A stretch of 50,671 bases of DNA, from NCBI GenBank assembly GCA_964398685.1, contig CAYNNF010000003.1, positions 11,184 through 61,854 of the forward strand. The letters run 5' to 3'. The translations under genes and the position numbers were made by a program. The stretch is from an uncultured Candidatus Saccharibacteria bacterium. GTDB lineage: Bacteria > Patescibacteriota > Minisyncoccia > JBAYJV01. Below, piece after piece: positions 36,075-44,893 of the stretch (positions within the stretch are counted from its first letter, which is position 1; every line of letters begins with the position of its first letter). The notes under the pieces are model-generated. The model saw only the letters and a list, made by a program, of their open reading frames with translations. It was not told the DNA's origin and made no database searches.

Positions 36075-37464
36075 TTTTTTCTTTAAACCAAATCCAATTG
36101 AATTTTTGAATTCTTGTATTTGCTAATATTATTAAAAGCTGTCTCGTGAAAACAATCGCTGTGAACATTGAAACCAAAATACCGATACTAAGAGTCAAAG
36201 CGAATCCTTTAACAAAGCTAACTCCCACTCCATACAAGATTACTGCGGTAATAAGTGTTGAAGTATTTCCGTCGCGGATTGAAGACCATGCTCGTCGGAA
36301 TCCTTCTTCAATTGAGTTTTTCAGTTCTTTTTTTTCTTTTAATTCCTCTTTCATCCTTTCAAAAATTAGAACATTAGCATCAACTGCCATGCCTAATGTC
36401 AAAATAAATCCAGCAATGCCTGCAAGCGTCAATGTTACGGGAACTAACTTAAATAAAGCAAGAACGAGCGCGCCGTAGACCGCTAAAGAAAAAACCGCTA
36501 AAATTCCAGGCAAGCGATAGTAAAAAATCATAAAAAGGGCAATTAAAATAAATCCTAAAACTCCCGCCTTCAAGCTTTTGTCTAAAGAAATCTTTCCTAA
36601 GGTCGCCCCTACGGTTTGTTGGCTGATGATTTCAATAGGAACAGGCAAGGCGCCGGCATTTAAGTTTCTCACAAGATCCTTCGCCTCTTCAATAGAAAAC
36701 TCACCGGTAATGCGCGCTTCACCTGTGGTAATTTCTTCGTTAACTCTGGGAACACTAATAGGAATACCGTCCAAATAAATAGCAACGCGTCTATTGATAT
36801 TGCGTTTGGTGATTTCGCCAAAAAGTTTTGCGCCTTCTTTATCAAGGGTGAATAAAATTTCCGGCTGGCCGGTATTTTGACTAAATCTTACTTCGGCTCC
36901 TTTAAGCATTCTGCCGTCCAATCCTGTGGACTTAAAATAAGGATCTTCGTTTTGTCTTTCATCTTTCTCTTGAGCGCTAAAAATTTCTTCTTTTTCTGCT
37001 TCCGTTCTTTCTTCTTTAAACTCCAAATAAGGAGTTGCGCCTATCATTTCAATTGCGTCAGCAACACTTTTAACGCCTGCTAATTCAACAATGAGGCGAT
37101 AATGGCCACCTGATAGATCTGCTTGAACTAGCGGTTCGGCCACGCCAAAAAAATTAACTCGCCTTTCTACAACATCTCTCACTCCAACAAGAGCTTCGCT
37201 TCTATTCTCTTTTTTAATATTTGACATATCGGCTTCATAAACAAGATGAGTGCCCCCTTGTAAATCAAGGCCTAATTTAAATGGTTTGTTATAAAAATAA
37301 CGAAACTCACGGCCAAAAATGCCAGTAGGTATAGATTTATTCAACTTATCAGCTGTCTTGTTCCAAATATTGGGAAAATCTAAATTAACTGCCAAAAATG
37401 CCAGTAAGAACACGAAGATTACTGCTAATTTAATTTTATTTCGTTGAGAGAGAGAATTAAACAT
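36067..37464 (-). CDS. secD: Protein translocase subunit SecD
   Basis: LGLDLQGGTHLV, periplasmic domain, C-terminal TM bundle with AVDANVLIFERMKEE. Overlaps secF by 8 nt. Confidence 0.93.
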   Translation of the reverse strand: MFNSLSQRNKIKLAVIFVFLLAFLAVNLDFPNIWNKTADKLNKSIPTGIFGREFRYFYNKPFKLGLDLQGGTHLVYEADMSNIKKENRSEALVGVRDVVERRVNFFGVAEPLVQADLSGGHYRLIVELAGVKSVADAIEMIGATPYLEFKEERTEAEKEEIFSAQEKDERQNEDPYFKSTGLDGRMLKGAEVRFSQNTGQPEILFTLDKEGAKLFGEITKRNINRRVAIYLDGIPISVPRVNEEITTGEARITGEFSIEEAKDLVRNLNAGALPVPIEIISQQTVGATLGKISLDKSLKAGVLGFILIALFMIFYYRLPGILAVFSLAVYGALVLALFKLVPVTLTLAGIAGFILTLGMAVDANVLIFERMKEELKEKKELKNSIEEGFRRAWSSIRDGNTSTLITAVILYGVGVSFVKGFALTLSIGILVSMFTAIVFTRQLLIILANTRIQKFNWIWFKEKND

Positions 37465-37473
37465 TAAGGGTTT

Positions 37474-37517
37474 GAATTAGAAGAATCTCCCGGTGAAACC
37501 GAGAGAACCTTGACGGA
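37474..37517 (+). repeat. GC-rich miniature element, short variant (copy F1)
   Basis: Sequence gaattagaagaa-tctcccggtgaaaccgagag-aaccttgacgga. The terminal blocks are identical to the reverse complement of 43960-44005 and the core forms a hairpin. It lies 9 nt upstream of the secD ATG. Confidence 0.7.
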
Positions 37518-37617
37518 AGATAGAATTTAGAATTGCGAATTGAAAAATTGTTTTGGACTTTATATTCCGTATCTTAATTTTAATCTATATATTACCACTT
37601 ATCTTAAAATATTCAAA

Positions 37618-38910
37618 TCAAATCTCTCTTCTTGCTTTTTTTAAATTTAATTCTCTTGCTACTCTTTCAATTGCTTTAATGTAAGCAGCTTGTCTTAAGG
37701 AAACTTTGCGTTCAATCGCTATCTTTTTTACTTCTTCATAAGCGTCAATCATCATTTTTTTTGCCCGCTCAAGAACATCGACTTCTGGCCAATATGATTG
37801 TTCAATATTTTGAAACCACTCCAAATAGCTTACTACCACTCCTCCAGCATTAGCTAAAATATCGGGTATGATTAAAATTCCTTTATCTTCCAAAATTTCC
37901 TCCGCCTCAACTGTGATGGGTCCATTAGCCATTTCTAAAATAATTTTTGCTTTAATTCTGTCTGCATTACTTTTGTTAATTTGTCCTTCAATGGCAGCTG
38001 GAATTAAAATATCAACTTCCTTTTCAAGAAGTTCTGCGTTAGAAATCAACTGACTGCCTCCAGCGCGAGAGCAAACAGAGCCAACACAATAACAATTAGA
38101 AATCATAACATTCTCTTTTAAACAATTATAAACGGCAGTTGGATTAAGCGCTTTCTGCTTAGAATTGGCCTGAATTGCGCTATTAGAGTCTGAGAGCGCC
38201 ATAATGCTAAATCCAGCCATTTGAAGAATCTTTGCTAAATTACCACCGACATTGCCAAAACCTTGAATAGCCACCGTAGGATGCTTATTTAAAAGTTTAG
38301 GAAAGTAGTCGTCAATAATTTTTTTTAAAATCACCGCTCCGCCATAAGCAGTTGCTACTTCTCGCCCCCTTGATCCTTCAATATTAATTGGTTTTCCTGT
38401 AAAAGAAGCAGGTGTGAAATCGCCCTTCAGTTTAGAATATTCATCTACCATCCATGTTATAATTTGAGGATTAGTATTGATGTCAGGCGCTGGTATATCA
38501 ACATAGGGACCAATAAAATTAAAAATAGCCCGAACATAGCCCCTAGATAATTCTTCTAACTCTCTTCGAGAAAGCAATAAAGAATTAACTTTAATGCCTC
38601 CCTTGGCTCCGCCGAAAGGAAGTCCTAAAAGAGATGTTTTCCATGTCATTAACCCCGCTAAAGCCTTAATCTCTCCTATATTTGCTTCGGAGAAATAACG
38701 AATGCCCCCTTTATAGGGACCCAAGATGTTTGAATGCTGAACCCTAAATGCGAGGAAAGTTTCAACCGCGCCATTATCCCGTTTAAGCGGAATAATGAAT
38801 TGAAGAATACGATTGGGCGTTTTTATATTTTGTAAAACGTCAAGATTAAGTTTTAGTGTTTGAGCCGCAATATCAATGTGTTTTTGAACATCTTGTAAAA
38901 AATCGCTCAT
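37618..38910 (-). CDS. gdhA: Glutamate dehydrogenase (Glu/Leu/Phe/Val dehydrogenase family)
   Basis: YKGGIRY, PFGGAKGG catalytic Lys loop, GFGNVG Rossmann motif. Confidence 0.92.
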   Translation of the reverse strand: MSDFLQDVQKHIDIAAQTLKLNLDVLQNIKTPNRILQFIIPLKRDNGAVETFLAFRVQHSNILGPYKGGIRYFSEANIGEIKALAGLMTWKTSLLGLPFGGAKGGIKVNSLLLSRRELEELSRGYVRAIFNFIGPYVDIPAPDINTNPQIITWMVDEYSKLKGDFTPASFTGKPINIEGSRGREVATAYGGAVILKKIIDDYFPKLLNKHPTVAIQGFGNVGGNLAKILQMAGFSIMALSDSNSAIQANSKQKALNPTAVYNCLKENVMISNCYCVGSVCSRAGGSQLISNAELLEKEVDILIPAAIEGQINKSNADRIKAKIILEMANGPITVEAEEILEDKGILIIPDILANAGGVVVSYLEWFQNIEQSYWPEVDVLERAKKMMIDAYEEVKKIAIERKVSLRQAAYIKAIERVARELNLKKARREI

Positions 38911-39830
38911 TATTGTTCTCTTACATTATCTAAATAATTAATAGCGCTTAAAGCTGCTCTGGCGCCTTCTCCAACTGCAATTGAAATTTGGCGATATTGA
39001 TTATCAACAACATCTCCGGCTGCAAAAAGACTAGGAATTTTCGTCTGACAAGATTTATCCACAATAATTTCTTTTTTTTCATTAAGAATATCCAGATTTG
39101 CGCTAATAAATTTTGTATTCGGCTTTACTCCAATATAAATAAACGCGCCACTGATTTTTATTTCCTTTTTTGCGCCTGTATTTAAATCTTGATAATGCAA
39201 ACCTTCTAAAAAATTTGCGCCGAAAAAATCTGTCGTTTTCGCCTGATAAATAATTTTCACATTCTTGATTTGTTTTGCTTTCTCAATCATAACTCTTTCT
39301 CCTTGCAACTCATTTTCTATCACTACAAGATAAATGTAAGAAACAATTTTTGAAAGCGCGACTACTGCTTTGAGGGCTGAATTTCCCCCACCGATGATAG
39401 CAACATCTTTGCCGGCAAATATCGGCCCGTCGCAAGTTTCACAATAACTAACGCCTTTGTTGAAGAATTCTTTTTCTCCCGGAATTTTGAGCGTCTCAGG
39501 ATCAGCGCCGCTTGCAATAATAACAGTTTTGGCTTCAAAGTTCTGTTCGCCTGCCTTTATTAAAAAATGCGTATTTTTTTGCTCTATGCTCTCAATTTCT
39601 TTGAAAATAACATTCGGAGTATATTTTTCTAAATGTTCTTGAAATGTTTTTATTAAATCCATCCCCGCAATAGACGGAAATCCAAGATAATTTTCCACAA
39701 GACCTGCCTTGATTGCGTTTCCCCCCATATCTTTAGTTATCACTAAAAAATTAAGGCCAGCTCTCGCGGCATATATAGCAGCTGACATTCCACTTGCTGA
39801 CGCGCCAATAATGATTAGATCAAAAATCAT
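38910..39830 (-). CDS. trxB: Thioredoxin-disulfide reductase
   Basis: GASASG FAD motif, CETCDG redox-active disulfide, GGGNSA NADPH motif, GDV. Confidence 0.9.
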   Translation of the reverse strand: MIFDLIIIGASASGMSAAIYAARAGLNFLVITKDMGGNAIKAGLVENYLGFPSIAGMDLIKTFQEHLEKYTPNVIFKEIESIEQKNTHFLIKAGEQNFEAKTVIIASGADPETLKIPGEKEFFNKGVSYCETCDGPIFAGKDVAIIGGGNSALKAVVALSKIVSYIYLVVIENELQGERVMIEKAKQIKNVKIIYQAKTTDFFGANFLEGLHYQDLNTGAKKEIKISGAFIYIGVKPNTKFISANLDILNEKKEIIVDKSCQTKIPSLFAAGDVVDNQYRQISIAVGEGARAALSAINYLDNVREQ

Positions 39831-39864
39831 AAATCAGAAATTAAAAATTATAGATTAAAATGAC

Positions 39865-40101
39865 TTATTTAATATCAAGTAGTTTTCGTATTCGTCCTTC
39901 GTCAAAATTGATAATAATTTCTCCATCAATATCAATAACTGGCACGCCCATTTGGCCAGTTTTTTTAATCATTTCTTCTCTCGCTTTCTCGTCAATCGCC
40001 ACATCTTTAGCTTCAAATTCAATGCTGTGTTCTTTTAAGAAGTTTTTTGCTACAACACAGTAAGGACAAGTTGGCGTTGAATAAACAATAACTTTTTTCA
40101 T
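39865..40101 (-). CDS. Glutaredoxin-like protein
   Basis: VIVYSTPTCPYCVVAK (CPYC active site), GVPV. 78 aa. Confidence 0.88.
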   Translation of the reverse strand: MKKVIVYSTPTCPYCVVAKNFLKEHSIEFEAKDVAIDEKAREEMIKKTGQMGVPVIDIDGEIIINFDEGRIRKLLDIK

Positions 40102-40149
40102 ATAGTTGAAATAAAAAACACAAACCCCAAAGCTAATACCTATTCTAAT

Positions 40150-40194
40150 ATATTGGGGTAAAAAAGAAAAGAGAGGGAAACCTATGCTTCCCTC
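40150..40194 (-). terminator. Intrinsic terminator of the 213-aa orphan gene
   Basis: Stem gagggaa/ttccctc (40173-40179 / 40188-40194), followed on the minus strand by ctcttttctttttt. It begins 13 nt after the stop. Confidence 0.65.
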
Positions 40195-40206
40195 CCTTTG
40201 TATCTC

Positions 40207-40848
40207 TTATCTCTTCACAAGAGAAATGGTATTGTCGATGTGATCGACATGTAGATAGTAATCAGGCGCAAGAGTTATCTTCTCCACTCCTGGCACACCT
40301 TTCATACTGCGCCCATTTTCGTCTCTTGGCCACACCATAATCGGTGGACCTTCGGGAATTCGGAGTGGCTGGCGTGCTTCGAAATTGATACTAATAGCAT
40401 GCTTATTTGGAATTTTCTCTCCATTTTCGTAGTAAGGATTGAGAAAAACCCTCGCCCTCCACATCGCAGTCGCGCACATCTCTCTGAGACTTCCAAGCGC
40501 AGAAACTCTTTCGTTCATAAAATTATCAGGAAGTTGCATGTCTTCGCTGCGAACGAAAACGAAACGAACCATCTGATATTTCCTGCTTGAATGTTTTGGA
40601 TCAATACGCTTTTGACAAAACGCATCAACTAGTTCGTATCCTGATCTTCCAAGATCTTTGGCAATGCCCAGAACAGAACAATTCTCGGTTGGCTCAATAA
40701 CAAGCTTTCCGTCTGATCGGCTTTTTCTTTCCGTTCTTTCTTGCGGAACTTCCTTCTCATGGCGACCGATCCATTCCGGAACGGCATTTCCATTCGAGAA
40801 GCTGAATTGCAGAACGATCATCCGCACAGAATTATCTATCTCAACCAT
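40207..40848 (-). CDS. Orphan hypothetical protein, compositionally foreign (about 50% GC)
   Basis: 213-aa ORF with a strong SD (AAGGAGG 5 nt before the ATG). By hand count, 40261-40320 has 30/60 G+C and 40441-40500 has 35/60, against 22/60 in 39901-39960. No motif recognised. Confidence 0.65.
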   Translation of the reverse strand: MVEIDNSVRMIVLQFSFSNGNAVPEWIGRHEKEVPQERTERKSRSDGKLVIEPTENCSVLGIAKDLGRSGYELVDAFCQKRIDPKHSSRKYQMVRFVFVRSEDMQLPDNFMNERVSALGSLREMCATAMWRARVFLNPYYENGEKIPNKHAISINFEARQPLRIPEGPPIMVWPRDENGRSMKGVPGVEKITLAPDYYLHVDHIDNTISLVKR

Positions 40849-40908
40849 TCTTGCCTCCTTATGGTTTTTAACTCTATTGTGAAGAACTTCAACGCCTCTT
40901 TTGTTATA

Positions 40909-40937
40909 AGTATATCATACTTTAATATAAAAAGCAA
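40909..40937 (-). promoter_or_regulatory. Candidate promoter of the orphan gene
   Basis: Minus strand TTGCTT (40937-40932), a 17-nt spacer, then TATACT (40914-40909). This would give a ~50-nt leader. Confidence 0.45.
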
Positions 40938-40952
40938 TAGTTTTAATGAAAA

Positions 40953-40973
40953 TTTGATGGCTAAGCCATCAAA
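40953..40973 (-). terminator. Perfect 10-bp inverted repeat after the RmlC-like gene (terminator or operator)
   Basis: tttgatggct-a-agccatcaaa, followed on the minus strand by ttttcatt. Confidence 0.5.
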
Positions 40974-41029
40974 CACTAACCGTCAAATATATCGTTTTTG
41001 AGTTGAATATTAAATTAAAAAATTTTTAA

Positions 41030-41569
41030 TTATACAAGCTCATATTTTTCTAAAATTGTTTTTAGGTTTTTATCTTCTTCAGGTATGAATCTTATATAAT
41101 CATCATTATCGTGAGGCAAGTTAGTCACGGCTAATACCTCTACTTTTTTTTCTGTCAATGGATAATAGACATGATAAACTCCCGCTGGAACTAAAACCTG
41201 AGCCATTGATTCTGGCAGATAATAGGCATTTGTTTTTTTAAAATTTGAGTTAATATTTTTGTCTTTTTTTCCTAAAACAACAGCGTAGATTTTGCCAAAA
41301 GTTTTAGAATTTTTTCTAAAATCTTTAAACAACCAAAGCGCCGTCCCCGTTAAAGTATAAAAAATCTCAATTAATTGATGATGATAATGTCCGCCCCGCG
41401 CTATATTTTTTTGAGTTGCGGTAGAACAATAAATATTGCCAATTTCCCCTTGGATAAATTCGTTTTCGTTGCCTTTTGGCGCTATTTCATACAAATAACC
41501 GCGTTCATCACCGACAACTTTATTTAATTTTATCATTAAACCATCAATAGTGGTTTTAATAATAGACAT
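41030..41569 (-). CDS. Cupin-fold NDP-sugar epimerase/isomerase (RmlC/FdtA-like)
   Basis: VVGDERGYLYE and RGGHYHH motifs, ~180 aa, adjacent to RmlB. Confidence 0.65.
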   Translation of the reverse strand: MSIIKTTIDGLMIKLNKVVGDERGYLYEIAPKGNENEFIQGEIGNIYCSTATQKNIARGGHYHHQLIEIFYTLTGTALWLFKDFRKNSKTFGKIYAVVLGKKDKNINSNFKKTNAYYLPESMAQVLVPAGVYHVYYPLTEKKVEVLAVTNLPHDNDDYIRFIPEEDKNLKTILEKYELV

Positions 41570-41593
41570 TGGTCTTTGTTTTTTAATTTAAAA

Positions 41594-41636
41594 TTGAAAA
41601 TTCATTGAAAATTGAAAATTGAAAATTGAAAATTTT
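41594..41636. repeat. 7-bp microsatellite (ttgaaaa)
   Basis: Four perfect tandem copies at 41605-41632 plus one copy at 41594-41600. It lies between the RmlB stop and the cupin gene start. Confidence 0.9.
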
Positions 41637-41641
41637 ATCTG

Positions 41642-43858
41642 CTAAGACTTCTTAATATGCAGATTAAATCCTTCCGTTCTTTTCTTGATATTTATAATCC
41701 ATTGTTTGTTTTTTAAATACCAATCAATAACATCCGGTAAAGTTTTTTCAAATGTTTTAGTTGATTGCCATCCAAGATTTTTGTTTATTTTACTAGTATC
41801 AATGGAATATCTTCTATCGTGTCCCGGCCGATCATCTATAAAAGTTAATAAAGACTCTTTGCGTCCTAAAATTTTGAGAATTGCCCGAGCCACATCAATA
41901 TTATGCCGTTCTTGATCGGCGCCAACATTATAAACTTCTCCTATTGCGCCTTCATGTAAAATCTTATCAATCGCAATGCAATGATCTTCAACATAGATCC
42001 AATCTCTCACATTTTTACCATCCCCATACAAAGGAACCTTCTCACGCGCCAACGCTTTAAATAAAAAGAAGGGAATCATTTTCTCCGGATATTGATATGA
42101 TCCATAATTATTGGAACAATGTGTCACAATGACAGGAACTTTATGGGTTCTAAAATAGGCGCGACACATTAAATCGCCGCCTGCTTTTGCCGCCGCATAA
42201 GGAACATTTGGAGCGAAAGGACTGTCCTCTTTAAAATGTCTATCCTCATCTAATTCAACGGATCCGAATGTTTCGTCCGTTGAAATTTGAATCATTTTTT
42301 TAATTTTATATCGCTTAACGGCCTCAAGCAAAGTATGAACTCCGATAACATTGGTCATTAAAAACTCCCTCGCTCCACCATAAATACTTCTATCAACATG
42401 AGTATTATGAACTACAATATTACCAACGCCACAAACAAAATTATGTTTATTGGCTACTTCAATATCATAAACATAACCCTCGTAATCAACTTTTTTTTGT
42501 CTTTTAGAAAGCAGTGAAATTGTGTAGTCGTTCCCGAAAACAAGAGTATAAGCATCAAATCTTTCATCTTTATTAACGGTAAAATTCTTTCTTAGTAAAG
42601 TTAAAAGCAAAGAAATGCCTGTTGCTAGCTTTTTAGAATTTGTTGTATAGCGATATGTAATTGAATGTTTATTTTTAATAATCTGACCATCTCCTAAACA
42701 AAGATGTTCAAGAAACAGGTTTTGAAATTCTGAGCGAAGTTGAAAAATAAAATCTGGAATGAATTTATTTCTCGAATAAACTCCGCACATTTTTCTAAGA
42801 AAACCATAAAGCTTCTTATTGGAAACCGTAAGCTGATACCATCCTTCTTTTCTTTTAAAGAAATTTGGATTATATCCAAGTTTTTTGAAGTCTTCCGTTA
42901 ATAGCTTAATCCAATCTTCGTTGATATTGGTTATATTGGTAATGTATCCACCATTAGCCTTATTATAAGTAGTGCTGCCTTCTGTAATATGAGCTGCCAT
43001 TATCCTTAAGAGGCTTTTAAGTTTCGCTCCTTTGAAATTACCAAAAGAAGTCTTCTTGGGAATATGATTGATGTTTTTAATAGATAACAGTTCGGGATTT
43101 TTAGCAGGTGTTGTTAAATTCCCATCTATGTCATAAATAGAATGATTATTTGTTGCCGTTATTTCTCCCCATTTTTGATTAAGTTGAATGAGTTTTCCTT
43201 TATAATAGTGCCGGGAAATTTGTTTAATAGGTAACCAATAGCCAATGCCACCGTGATTAGCTAATGCCTTTAGATTAGAATTGTTTATGCTAATAATCTC
43301 TACGCCTTTAATTTTTACAACATTATGTTTACCATCTACGCTTAAGTTGAGAAAAAGTTCTTCTAATGTTTGAATCTTGATTTGACCTGCCTTATACAGT
43401 GGTAGATAAGTGTCATTACTTATGCTTTCTGCCGCCCAATTGACAACATAATCAATTTTGTTTTTTGCAAAGACATTGTCAACCTCTTTTTCGTCAGCAA
43501 TATCGCCTTTGATAAATTTATAGTGAGGATTTTTTTCAACTTCTTTTAAATTATCAAGATTACCAGCATAGGTAAGTTTGTCATAATTAATAATCTTATA
43601 ATTCGGGTATTTTTTTAAGATATATCTAATAAAATTGCTTCCAATAAATCCGGCTCCGCCACAAACTAAAACAGTCGCTTTTGCTCCGCCTATTTTGTGA
43701 AAATAATCCAAAAGCTCTTTCTTGGAAAGTTCAGTGACTACGCTTAATTCATCTAAACTCATTTTCCCTTCCTGATATAAATCCAAAAACTTTTTAAGTT
43801 TTTTCAAATAAGCGTCAGATGTATTTTTAAGTTGTAAATCCTTTTTTAATTTCCGCAT
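41642..43858 (-). CDS. rfbB: dTDP-glucose 4,6-dehydratase (RmlB) interrupted by an intein; N-terminal extension
   Basis: Exteins: GGAGFIGS Rossmann, VVNWAAE | THVDRSIYG, PYAAAKAGGD (YxxxK), DRPGHDRRY. The 738 aa total breaks down as ~337 aa RmlB, a 341-aa insert and ~60 aa of extra N-terminus. Confidence 0.9.
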   Translation of the reverse strand: MRKLKKDLQLKNTSDAYLKKLKKFLDLYQEGKMSLDELSVVTELSKKELLDYFHKIGGAKATVLVCGGAGFIGSNFIRYILKKYPNYKIINYDKLTYAGNLDNLKEVEKNPHYKFIKGDIADEKEVDNVFAKNKIDYVVNWAAESISNDTYLPLYKAGQIKIQTLEELFLNLSVDGKHNVVKIKGVEIISINNSNLKALANHGGIGYWLPIKQISRHYYKGKLIQLNQKWGEITATNNHSIYDIDGNLTTPAKNPELLSIKNINHIPKKTSFGNFKGAKLKSLLRIMAAHITEGSTTYNKANGGYITNITNINEDWIKLLTEDFKKLGYNPNFFKRKEGWYQLTVSNKKLYGFLRKMCGVYSRNKFIPDFIFQLRSEFQNLFLEHLCLGDGQIIKNKHSITYRYTTNSKKLATGISLLLTLLRKNFTVNKDERFDAYTLVFGNDYTISLLSKRQKKVDYEGYVYDIEVANKHNFVCGVGNIVVHNTHVDRSIYGGAREFLMTNVIGVHTLLEAVKRYKIKKMIQISTDETFGSVELDEDRHFKEDSPFAPNVPYAAAKAGGDLMCRAYFRTHKVPVIVTHCSNNYGSYQYPEKMIPFFLFKALAREKVPLYGDGKNVRDWIYVEDHCIAIDKILHEGAIGEVYNVGADQERHNIDVARAILKILGRKESLLTFIDDRPGHDRRYSIDTSKINKNLGWQSTKTFEKTLPDVIDWYLKNKQWIINIKKRTEGFNLHIKKS
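42404..43426 (-). mobile_element. Intein (341 aa) with LAGLIDADG-type homing endonuclease domain
   Basis: Block A SISNDTYLPL (Ser1), block B TATNNHSIY (TxxH), C-terminal YVYDIEV...NIVVHN followed by Thr+1. Endonuclease-like LLRIMAAHITEGS and LFLEHLCLGDG. Confidence 0.85.
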
Positions 43859-43959
43859 AAAAATATTAATCTATGTAAAATTCTTCACTTCAGTTTATTA
43901 AGTAAATCTTTGTTCAAAATGATTTTTTATTCCATGATTCATGATTCGTAATTTTATCT

Positions 43960-44005
43960 CCCGTCAAGGTTCTGAGGAATGGAATGACGAGGGTTCTTCT
44001 AATTC
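43960..44005 (-). repeat. GC-rich miniature element, short variant (copy F2, inverted relative to F1)
   Basis: The reverse complement reads gaattagaagaa-ccctcgtcattccattcctcag-aaccttgacggg, so both terminal blocks are shared with 37474-37517. It abuts the GT2 stop codon. attcatgattc occurs at 43937-43947 and 44002-44012. Confidence 0.7.
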
Positions 44006-44831
44006 ATGATTCCTGTCTTCTCCTCCATTTCCAAAGATATTTAAAATAACTCATAATATGAATTCTTGTCAGCTTATTAGTAAAAATATCTATGATTCCT
44101 CTTTTTGAATCAGATTCTTTAAGATGAAAATGCCTAATAGTCGCCTCGGGCAAATAAACAATTTTATAGCCCATTTCTCTAAATCTCCTGCACCAATCAA
44201 CATCTTCAAAATACATAGAATATCTTTCGTCCATAAGCCCTATTTTTTTAACATATTCTTTTTTTGTCATTAGGGCTGACCCCATCAGCCAGTCAACTTT
44301 TAATGACTTATCTTTTGATTCTTTTTGAGCTTCAAAATTTTCAAGCGCGCGCTTTCCCCAATGAGTTTTTTTCCAAACAGTTCGCCTTGCCAAAACTGAC
44401 CCCAAGGTATATTCCTTAAAATATGATTTTTGAATTGACTCATCAATATTAATAAGTTTTGGACCGACAATGCCAACATCCTTATTTTCCTCTAAATATT
44501 TAATCATTACTCTCAATGATTTTTCATCTTCAATAACTGTATCGGCATTTAAAATTAAAATAAATTTCCCCTTAGCATTTTTTAATCCCTCGTTGACTAG
44601 TTTTGCATAGCCAACATTTTTCCGAAATGCTAAGTGATTCACGTTGGGATGGTGATATTTAATTAAAAAAGCCGTGCCTTCATTCGCTTCAGAATCTGCT
44701 ACAAAAACTTCGCAATCAATGCTTTTTAAATTTTTTTCAATAGATTCCAGACAGCTCAAAAGAAGGTGAGGAGTTTTATAATGAGTAATAATTATTGAAA
44801 GCTCTATGTTTGCCATAAAAAAGAAAAACAA
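44004..44831 (-). CDS. Family 2 (GT-A) glycosyltransferase
   Basis: LSIIITHY N-terminal strand, ILILNADT, YFEDVDWCRR. The start is possibly the Met at 44816. Confidence 0.85.
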   Translation of the reverse strand: MFFFFMANIELSIIITHYKTPHLLLSCLESIEKNLKSIDCEVFVADSEANEGTAFLIKYHHPNVNHLAFRKNVGYAKLVNEGLKNAKGKFILILNADTVIEDEKSLRVMIKYLEENKDVGIVGPKLINIDESIQKSYFKEYTLGSVLARRTVWKKTHWGKRALENFEAQKESKDKSLKVDWLMGSALMTKKEYVKKIGLMDERYSMYFEDVDWCRRFREMGYKIVYLPEATIRHFHLKESDSKRGIIDIFTNKLTRIHIMSYFKYLWKWRRRQES

Positions 44832-44857
44832 TTTTTCTTTAATTTACCATAAATTTC

Positions 44858-44893
44858 CTCAAAAGAAAAGGGCAACCGCTGTTCTGGTTGCCC
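44858..44893 (-). terminator. Intrinsic terminator (bidirectional-capable)
   Basis: Stem gggcaacc/ggttgccc (44870-44877 / 44886-44893). The minus strand follows with ttttctttt and the plus strand with aaactttttta. Confidence 0.65.

Noticed and set aside
40302-41001. Four ORFs (40302-40496, 40399-40590, 40658-40882, 40741-41001) overlapping the orphan gene
   Set aside because: The local high GC lowers stop-codon frequency in all frames. Only the 213-aa frame has an SD, a promoter and a terminator.
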